NCBI GenBank assembly: GCA_000708835.1
Contig: DF237127.1
Span: 96,239 to 160,238, forward strand
Direction: 5' to 3'
Source of the DNA: Klebsormidium nitens
Taxonomy: Eukaryota; Plantae; Klebsormidiophyceae
DNA length: 64,000 bases
A program made the position numbers and the translations under genes. Below are positions 55,020 to 64,000 of the stretch, piece by piece. Numbering within the stretch: position 1 is the stretch's first letter; each line of letters starts with the position of its first letter. The notes beneath the pieces are model-generated. The model did not search any database. It was given only the letters and a program-made list of their open reading frames with translations, and was not told the DNA's origin.

Positions 55020-58000
55020 ATGGCGGCAGATCTTGACTCTGGCTCAGCTTCCGACGCTGTGCTTTCGCTTGGGGCTGGCAAAATGCAGCACGTGCAAGAC
55101 ACCATCAGACATGCTGATGGAGTCCCACATTTGCCAGGGGGAAATGGCTCTGAAAAAGCTGGTGCCAAGACTGGAGTGGCCAGGCTGGTGCTCGAGGCAA
55201 CGGTGGTGACGGACCCTGGCAAACTTAGAGAGAACACTGGCAAGCTTTACTCGTCTTCTGAGATTAAAACTGGCGAAGGGGGAGTAAGATCTGAGTCAGA
55301 GAAGGTTCCCCCACAACCGGCAAACTTAGCATCCTTGGAAGGTGCATTAGGGCTAAACGAGGAAGCGCAGCCAAGCCTTCAGTTGACTGAACAGGAAAGC
55401 CTTGCGTATCCTCCTGTAAGGGAGATGGAGAGTGGGGAAGGGCCCCCTTACGCACCCCCAGGTTAGTGTCACATTACCTGCCTACATTGTGGAGGTATTA
55501 TGGAATGTGAAATGGTTGTTGAGGATTTCAGAAATAGATAAATATGAGAAGCTTGATATCAAATCTGCTAGAAGGGCTGTCAAGGAAACATGTAGCTCTG
55601 GTTCCCCCAACTTTAATATATTTAGGATACTGCATGATAGGGAGGAGATAGATGTGATATATTTGGTGCAAAATCTGCTGATGCCTTAGTTATCTAGGAC
55701 GGATTGGGAAAAGATGGGTAATGGCAGATGCTTAAAAGAATTGTCGCTTAGCACCGTGCAACCTTCTTACTTTTGGAGGTTCAATCTGGTCAACTGGTAC
55801 ATTAGCCGCATTCCACAAGTATGTAACACCCAAGGCCAGAGGCTGACTCTGCAACATGTGTTTCAGGTTGGCGGTGGCGTGTGGGAAGGAGGCAAGCAAA
55901 CGGAACATGGACAGACAGGCAAGTCCCTTGAATGAAACTTCTTTGTCAGCATTTGTGTGACACGTCAGCACCTCAGTCCACCTACCTTGCAAAGATGCTG
56001 GTTAGGTGAATATTACATGTGTACTCTGTAATGGAGCGGGGGCCAGAGTGACCTGGCAGAAATCTTATAGGTGTTGGACTTATATTTTGCCATCTCCCGG
56101 ATCTGTACAAAGTCGCGCTGTAGCCGCATCTCCCTTACACATTTTATCTTTAGTTGCTTGTCCCTTTCCCTCAAAATGGTTCTGTAAGGGCAGGGGTACG
56201 CGCTACCTTGAGAGCCGACTCATCTAAACCAAGGAGCCAAGCCGAGCAAATGCAGAGCTCAACAAGCGCATACACATCGTGGCCTTTATAAATGGATTGT
56301 GCTGTGCCTGATGGGTGTGCATTCTGCCCTCATGCTGATCTAGAAACCGTTATTGAGATATAATACATCCATATCCTTGTTAGATTGGTAATTGTCGCAC
56401 CTCCAATGCCAATTCTTAAGCAAACTGCAAGAGTAAAGAGTGTGTACGTCAGCTGTGGCTTCTAATGCCCTTGCTCTGCAATTTGGGGAAGAAGTGTGCA
56501 TTGAGAAATTATGCACACATCGGTTTAGGGGTCTGGTTTGGGGGCAGGTTGTGAAGCAACAGGAGCATAGTAGGAGATTAGTGAAGAAGACCTTGCGTAG
56601 AGGGGCCTGGCAAAAGCTGATGGAAGAGTCTCAAGAAGCCGCTAATGTCCAGCAGACTGTTTGCATCATCCACCACCTATTTGACATGACATTTGTAAAC
56701 TTCGGAGAGGGAAGAGCTTGCTCAGGGTTGGTTCGTCACAGGGGCTAAACTTCCGCCAGGCTTTTTCTGAGTGCTCCTGACATACGTAAGGTCCCCCCTT
56801 TGCCCAAAGTGAGTGGCCCTGGCCTGTCTGGACATGAGAACAAGAAAATGTATGCCAAGAATAAGGCATGCAGAAAGGGCGGGGGAACAGGGGCTTTGAT
56901 AGCACTTTTTTCCGTGTGGCCTGCACCTAGGGTCTTGTCGAGGTGTCTACTCCAAGGCCACTGGTGCTGTAGCAAAGATTGCTGGGGGCGACTCTTCGAA
57001 TCGAAGCAACATTCACGTGACTCTTGGCTTCTTCTGTCAAGGAGGTTGGGACTTCTGGGGGCTACCCTGTGCTTTGAGGGCTTTGAGAAACGTAGACTGT
57101 CAGGATTAGAAGCATCGATAGTGATGTCATCGGCGGAATAATGTTCCAACCCCCATTTTTTGCAGGTACTTTTATCCCCCGGGCGGCAAGAGAGAGTTTG
57201 CTAGCAAGAAGCAAGTGGAGCAGTACCTCAAGTACACCCAGCCCGGCATTGACTTGGACGCATTCTGGGAGACATACCGGTGGCGGATACCTGCTGTTGA
57301 CGGTGAGCTACACTTAGCACTCAACTCATACAGCAAGTAGAGTGTTTGGCCGACAGCAGCAATTGTGATGTCCCGTGTAATTGCCAAGAGGCGGGCAAGG
57401 CACTGTAGACAGAGGGGAGATGGTCAGCTTATCGATCGCCGAAATGTCAAGGGGGCGTCAGTTGAATCAGCACTTAGTGAAGGTTTGCAACGGTACAATC
57501 TTCATAATGACGTTTGGTTGAGAATGAAAATGAGTAACTTAGCCATCAGTGCTCCGTTAGGGACTCTTTGCCAAAGGCCATGGCCGGGGCGATTTGTTGG
57601 AAAACCTTGAAACTTGCATATGGCGAGGTTTGTGCGGCTTTCTTTTTTTGAGCATCTCTTACAAACACTTTCTAGTCATCTTTTCATTCTGGATTGATCT
57701 TTTAGGAGGTAGCAAAATGGAGTCAAGTATGCTCAAGAGCCAGATTGCCCTGGCGTAAATACTCCTATAGTTTTGGTAGGATAGCATCGTTTGTAGGTAG
57801 GATAGTCACACTCACCGTGCAGAAACAAAACAAGAAACCTAATTCAACAATCTACCGACTCCGCACCCTTGCCCACCCCAACCTTCAACCTAACCCCCAC
57901 CCATCCCCCGGGCCATGACCATATCCTACCTGGTTCCATCCTACCTAAATCATAGGTCTATCTGGCATAACCCTACAGGTTCGGGGGAGAAGCGCCGCCC

Positions 58001-61000
58001 GGACACCGGCTCAGACGCCTCGGCCCGGCCAACAACAAGCGACACCACAAAGCGCGCTAAAAGTTCCAGGGAGAGCTCCCCGGCAGTGGCGCAGGCGCAC
58101 AGCACGTCCCCGGCGCCGAGCGACCCGCGGTCGTGCCCTAAGCGGAGTGTGGCGTGCGGCTTGGTCACCGGCAAGAGCTTCCTGCTAGTGGTAAGTTTTG
58201 ACTGGATGGACATCCAACTGTCTGAAGGCTGCTTTGAGGATTTTTTTGGCTTATGCGGCCTTACGTCCTGGTCTGCTATCTGCTTTGGGCACTGGCAAGA
58301 GCTTCTTGCCGGTTGTAACTTAAGCTGGAATCAATCTGGAAAGTTCTTGATGGAACTGTATCCTGGGTGTCGACTTCCATTTCAGTCCTCTCAAGAATAG
58401 CAGCCAGTCGAGGACCTTGGCCAAGTGGAGACTTACACTGTGGATTCACAAAAGTCACATCCATGTGGCCTGTGTAAAGGAGGCCACACGCAGCCAGTAC
58501 CCGTACAACATCGCTTGCTGAATCCCTCGTTTATTGTGTCAAATCTTCCAACCTTGGTGTTCACTCAACACCTATATATAGTGCAGGCCCTTGATCCTCG
58601 CATTTTTTGATTTCTAATTTGTGACGCTGATGTTTCTCTCCAGGCAACCAAAGTAGCCCCATGCGACATTTGCTGCGCTGAGGAGGGCTTCTGCAGAACG
58701 TGTAGCTGCATCTTTTGCAACGGGGACGTGAGGTAAGCAGCCGGTTGAGCGGTCTTTACTTTCTGGGTCCTCCATTCCTAAGAGTGGTGCTTCTGGCGAA
58801 GGACAAGTAATGGTTGAAGCAAGGCAACGTACTGGTGGGTTTTTGATAGGTTTCAGCAAGAGCGGGGACTTGGTTCTGAGGGCTCCATTAGGGTCTGGAA
58901 TGGAAGTACCGTTCATTATAGATGTGGAGCCTCCTGCTGTATTGTGGCAGGATGACTGGCAGGCTCTGATTGCTAATTGCTGCTTGCTTGGCTTTACCAC
59001 ATCTTGTCTGGTTGGCAGACAGCAAAGAGACGCTGGGATTTGCATTGCCTGGCGTGTCTACTACAGTCGTTTGACTGCACTTCTCGATTACCCACTATTC
59101 AGCCTCGACTGCTTATGTGAACCCTTTAACTTCATCAAGCTCAGCTGTGATGCAGTGTGCATTCAAGGTGCCCTTCATTCAGTAAAGACGGCTTCCAATT
59201 TCCCTGGACTTTCAGCGGGACTCACCTCCACATCGCCTGCTTTCATCATTGATTGCATGACTAGGGATTTATTGACCGGTTCATCCTTTTCATTCCAGAG
59301 GGGATGCGTCCAATTCCGTCCATGTGAGTGGCATCTGGTGTGCTCGATCATCTGGAGCAGGCCTTTGTGGACACGCTGCGCATCTGCGGTGCGCGCTGAC
59401 CAACAAGGCCGCTGTCAGCAACAAGAAGGAGCGCACGGTTAACTACCTCTGCAGGCGATGCGGAGAGGTGAGTTACCAGCAGTGGGAGTGAATCTGGCAT
59501 TTCCAAACGGGACCATTTTGCTCCTTAGAAGCTTTGCCTAAAGAATTTGGCAAGGTCTCCTCACAAACAGAAAGGATGTGGTCCTGACATGCATCAGCAC
59601 CAGTTGTGGATCCTGTTGTCATCGGGTTGGCCTATGACGGCAATTGTAGGTCGGACAAAAACCTCGCACAACGATTAGCCTACAGGCCTTGTTTTCAGCA
59701 CAGTTGCCCGGTTGAAAGCCTTTTCAAGAAGGTTAGACCAAGCCTTTGCGCCCTTCCTTGGAGAGCCCCATTCAAATCCATTTTGTCAGAGCAACCCCGT
59801 CCGAGTTGCTGCGATTCCTTGACTCCGAGTCCAGGCTTTATCATCTTTGTTCCTGGAAAATCCTCGTTCGCTCCTTACAATATTTCCTCCGCTGTTTTCT
59901 TCCACAGACGAACATCCTTTCCCTGGACGACGGCCGCCCTGTCTCTGCGGGGGATCCCCCTTTCCTCCCCGACAATCAGCAGTCCCAAAGCACCTCTCTC
60001 GCCAGCGGGACATCCAAGCTGGACCCCACCGCGAACGGTCACCACGCTTTTGGAAACCATGAGGCGCATCTAATCGCAGGGACGAAAGGCGAACTGGATC
60101 AGATTGTAGAGGCGGGGGAAAACGGTTTTACTTCGGGGGGGCAGCGCAATGGGGAAGCCAAGGAGACGGGGACTGAGGACGAGTACGAAGATCGTGTGAA
60201 GGAGGAGAGGCACGGTCAGTCGAGCACGGCGCAGCTGGACTCGGACCGGGGGGGTAGCGCAGCACAGGCGGGGACCCCCCCGCTAGAGGCGCTGAACAGC
60301 TTCACGGGGAGAAGCGACGCAGGGGGCGAGGAGCAGCAGGAGGGCCGTTCCCACGAGGGGGGGCACTCGCACCAGGAGAAACAGCCCCCCGGCATGAAGC
60401 AGGAGCCCGCGCAGTCGGAGGACCCGTTCGAGGTGGAGCTTGCACGGGCGCTGCTGCATCTGCCGGACGGTCTGCCGGACGACGGCGCGCCGCCGCTGAC
60501 GGATTCGGACGAGTTTCAAACAGAGAAGCGGCGAAAAGACCTGCTGATTGCGGTGACGGACGGGCTTCGCGAGCGGGGGGAAAGCTCCGACAGCGGAGAC
60601 GAGCCGCAGGCTTCGACCCCGGGGGGAGGTTTGAACACGCTCGCGGGACGAAGGATACTAGCAGAGGAAAAGGGCGCGTACGGGCTGCGCAAGAGCGCGT
60701 CCCAACAGAGCTTTGACTCGGGGTACAGCACTCCCCCCGACGAAGTCATTGACGGCGTGAGCCGGCCAAAGCGCAGCCGGGGCCGGGCAAGAACGCCTCG
60801 CACTAGTTCCAAGCCGTCGCAGTGGGTGCGCGCGGCGCAGGACGTAACCAACGGCGCGCATTCGGACGATCAGATGGCGGCAGAGCTTTTGGGGGGCGCT
60901 TTCGACGGGGAGAAGCAGTGGAACATCCCCCCCAAGAAGAGGGGCGGCCCCGGGCGGCCGAAAAGGAAGATGGAACCTGCCGGGCCGGTTGCGAGCCGCG

Positions 61001-62128
61001 AGCCGAGCGCCGGACTGTCTGAAGACGCGGCGCCGGCGTCCGATGACGAGCTGAACCCAAAGAACCCGCCGAAGTCGCGGTTCGTCACTGACGGGTTCCA
61101 CCGGACTGCCGCCAGGGTGAAAAAGGAGGGCTACTTCGAGGTCGCGGTGAAACGGGACGAGGAGGAAGAGAACCCCGGGCCGATTCCAATTGGGAGCAAG
61201 ATTCCGCGTGCGAGCCGTTCCGCACGGCATACGCGCGTGCACATCTCGGCGTCGTTTCTGCTCGCAACCAGCGAGCATGACAGCCCGGCGCAGAGCGATT
61301 CGCAACCACACGATCTAGATACCCCGGGGTCGCCCGGGGTAAGGAGCGAGAGCCCGTCAGTGTCTGGGCTGAAGCGGAAACTAGAGGCGAGGGAGAACGG
61401 GCCGGCTCCTAAGCGGAAGGGGAGGCCACCGGGCAGCAGGAAGGACGGCGGCAATGGGAGGGGCGTCGTGGTGGATTTTGAGGCGGATCTGGATGGGGCG
61501 ATGAACGGGGGCTTTGGGGCGGCCAAAGCCTGGCTTCATCAGCAGGTAGGATATGCGAACCAGTCCGAGCCTCACTTTAGTAGATTGCAGTTAATGATTG
61601 ACCGCGTACCATTTAATCTGGTAGGACTTTTGTGGTTTGCTGTCGTGATGTTTGCATACTCAGTCAGAAGCGCCGATGAGGTTACAAGGTGATCCGTTCA
61701 GCAGGATCCGCCATGTTGTCTCCAGCAGGCCGTGATGTTTGCAGTTCTCTTCTCGGCTTGTTGGCATTATGATCGAGTTTACACCAAATGTGCTTTCTGC
61801 CTCGCTGTAGCGAGGAGTTTCCGTGCTGAAGTCCCCGCCTTCTAGCAAATTTGCTGAACCGTGGATTATCTCCGTGCAGGCTGGTTTGACGCTGCTCGAG
61901 TCACAACAACTGACCTCACAAGAGGAACGAGTGCACAGTGCTTGCCGAGCCCTCAAGCAGCAGATTGACACCTTCTCACCAACAGGGAAGACTCTCTTTA
62001 GTCGCCTAGATGACCTCATCGACAAGCTGAAAGCTGCGAAGGACGCTGCACGTCAGGAGATCGGCGAGTACCACAAAATGGTAGTTCAGTTGCTAGACAA
62101 TCGAGGTGTGCATGTGCAAATGTACTAA
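55020..62128 (+). CDS. MBD-like + OBERON-type PHD finger + C-terminal coiled-coil protein, ~995 aa, 8 exons
   Basis: Exons 55020-55461, 55867-55918, 57166-57302, 57979-58190, 58644-58732, 59299-59467, 59908-61545, 61880-62128 (2988 nt; GC donor at 55919). GEGPPYAPPGWRWRVGRR..DRYFYPPGGKREFASKKQVEQYL..FWETYRWRIP; CDICCAEEGFCRTCSCIFC..CGHAAHLRCAL..YLCRRC. Resembles the recalled Arabidopsis At1g05410-type family. Confidence 0.82.
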
Positions 62129-63213
62129 TGTCAGGCGGGTCGGCTTTGTAACATAAGGGTGAGGTCAAGGGTTCAGCATATATCGGATTTATTAGTGGTC
62201 GCTCTGCCAGAGCACAAGGGTCTCGAGCGGAGTAGAGTCGAACATTTTAGTCGGGTGTCCTTACGATTACTGATCATTGTTCTAGTTAAGCTCTCTGCCC
62301 AACAAATCTGCCTCCACAATCTTGCTATGAAATGGTGCAATGTCCCAACTCCATTCAAAACTTTCTGTGCAAAGCTAGTTGCAAAATTGCATAGCATGCC
62401 GTCACTTCACATGTAGCGATCTGCATTAAGTAAAATGCAGAGCAGATTTTCAGTTTTAATTCAGCGGTGAAGCATTGCTCATTCAGCGCGCTAAACCAGC
62501 GGCCTCTTGTACTCAAAGTTAAATGCAGTGTTATGACTCGGCTTAGGTTACTTGGCATGCCAGCTACGATCGCCTTCCACATGTGCAGTCCGTTGCTGAA
62601 TCATCACTGCATGACAGTACGTGACGGTATACGGCTCTAGTATGTAAATCAATAAGGATAGCTAGGTAGCTGCGCCAATATCGCTATAGCTGTCTGGCCG
62701 GCCCGCGTTCAGTCGCGTCTGTCCGATCGACCATGATTCAACTCACCGCCGAGCTCCACCATAGTGAACTTCAATCAGAGTTGTCGGATGATGGTCTCTT
62801 CCCATTGCTCAAGTTGCAAGGCAGGCGCTCAAGTTTGAATTATTGGATGATGACGTTCTCTTTCAAACGCCGTAGTCACCTGGACTTTATCAGCTTTCAT
62901 GGCATACATATGGATCCATGTTTTGAGTTTCGAACGCCTATCACGCCTAGCTACCCTACCGAGATTAAGTGTGCTACTTTAGTCCAAACCTAGCGAGTCA
63001 ATTAGCTTTCACATCCGAGCATTTGGGCAAGTGCGTTTGTGCTAGTACTAAAGCAGCGGTGCTGGATGTCAAGTTGCAAATACTACTTTCTGACTGTTCG
63101 AATACAAAGGGTTGACGAGCCCAAGACTTTGGGTGCGGCGGGGGCATGAGGTCTAAGTGACGGACCCGATTGAGGGGCGTCTTCGTTCTTCTTGATGGCC
63201 AAGTCTGTCGACG

Positions 63214-63870
63214 TTAAAAGCTTTTATGCCCCGCAATCCGGTCCTGGATAGCCGGGAGCGACATCCCTAATTCGATCTCAATGGAGGGGTCGCTTGGCAA
63301 CCGGTACGGGCTCTTAACCACAACCCCGTCCTCAATATAGGCATATGTCACCTTCCCCCAATCCAAGAAGAGACACAAGGCAGCCCGCACGTTGACCTCC
63401 GGAATCAGCGCCTGGTTGACGAGCACGAGAGGCCCGTCGAGACCGTGACAAGACGTGGCGGCAAACCTGTTGTAGAGGTTTCGGAGGCTGTCAGTGATGT
63501 CCTGCGGGCGCAAGGACACCTGCGCAGCCACGTCTTTGACTCTCTTCTGCAACCCCAACGAATCCTTCTTGTCTTCAAGGAGTGCGTTGATGACCGCACG
63601 CGGATCTTCTCTTACCCTTCCGGGGCGCGCTTCCTCCCTGCGTGCATTGGATGACTTCGACAATGACTTCGAGTGCGGTTCTTCTGTTTTTATGTCCTTC
63701 TTCCCGCTGCGGTCCAAGAGGGCGTTCGTCAAGCTCCGGAGCTTCAGCTCAGAGATGACGCTCTCCGTTCCCAGCTTCGCGATGTCCCGCTCCACCTTGA
63801 GCAGGGACTCGTGCAGCTCTGCATTCTTCTGTACTTGCGTGGTCAGGGCACTACTCAACGCCTCAATAGC
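63214..63870 (-). CDS. Terminal exon of an uncharacterised coiled-coil protein (gene continues beyond the window)
   Basis: Acceptor CTACAG at 63876-63871, then a 218-codon open frame (AIEALSSALTTQ...AGHKSF*) with a heptad-like N-part and a globular-looking C-part (LYNRFAATSCHG..LCLFLDWGKVTYAYIEDG..PY). Confidence 0.7.
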   Translation of the reverse strand, partial: AIEALSSALTTQVQKNAELHESLLKVERDIAKLGTESVISELKLRSLTNALLDRSGKKDIKTEEPHSKSLSKSSNARREEARPGRVREDPRAVINALLEDKKDSLGLQKRVKDVAAQVSLRPQDITDSLRNLYNRFAATSCHGLDGPLVLVNQALIPEVNVRAALCLFLDWGKVTYAYIEDGVVVKSPYRLPSDPSIEIELGMSLPAIQDRIAGHKSF

Positions 63871-64000
63871 CCTGTAGTATCCACCGCCCGCACGCCCACC
63901 CCGGCCGCTCTTCTTGGCATAGATTTTTGGCAGCTGACTCTTTCGAATACACCCGGGTCAACAAGTTTTGTAACCAAACCCGGATGACGTGGCAACTCCG

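Noticed and set aside
2472-62128. Functional cluster of chromatin genes (DCAF1, Agenet-GATA, MBD-PHD)
   Set aside because: They are interspersed with unrelated plastid and ER genes, and no shared regulatory signal is visible; likely coincidence.
1-64000. tRNA, rRNA, transposase, reverse transcriptase or viral genes
   Set aside because: No cloverleaf or T-loop consensus, rRNA-like tract, or DDE, RT or capsid motif was recognised by eye.

Overview
This is eukaryotic nuclear DNA from a green plant lineage. The gene set (LPA2, a plant-type DCAF1, a plant-type NOMO, an OBERON-type PHD protein), the GC-rich exons and the mostly 0.3-1.5 kb introns suggest a streptophyte alga such as Klebsormidium; this is inference. 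I built phase-consistent spliced models by hand for six complete genes. They are DCAF1 (+, 11 exons), LPA2 (-, 3 exons), a giant ~3,300-aa Agenet/GATA/AT-hook/WW protein (+, 10 exons), a plastid-targeted five-bladed beta-propeller glycoside-hydrolase-like protein (-, 5 exons), nodal modulator NOMO (-, 16 exons) and an MBD-like/OBERON-PHD/coiled-coil protein (+, 8 exons). The terminal exon of a seventh, unknown gene (-) lies at the right edge. There are also three inverted-repeat (MITE/foldback) elements and two N-gaps whose flanks overlap. I saw no tRNA, rRNA, CRISPR array or transposase. Two signals stand out. First, introns of four unrelated genes carry degenerate 'shadow' copies of the adjacent exon end plus its splice site, spaced about 120-185 bp apart or in multiples of that. 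This suggests intron growth by roughly nucleosome-sized tandem duplication across splice junctions. Second, the giant gene joins two Agenet domains, three GATA fingers, AT-hooks and a PRP40-like tandem WW exon. All family assignments come from recalled motifs, not database searches.
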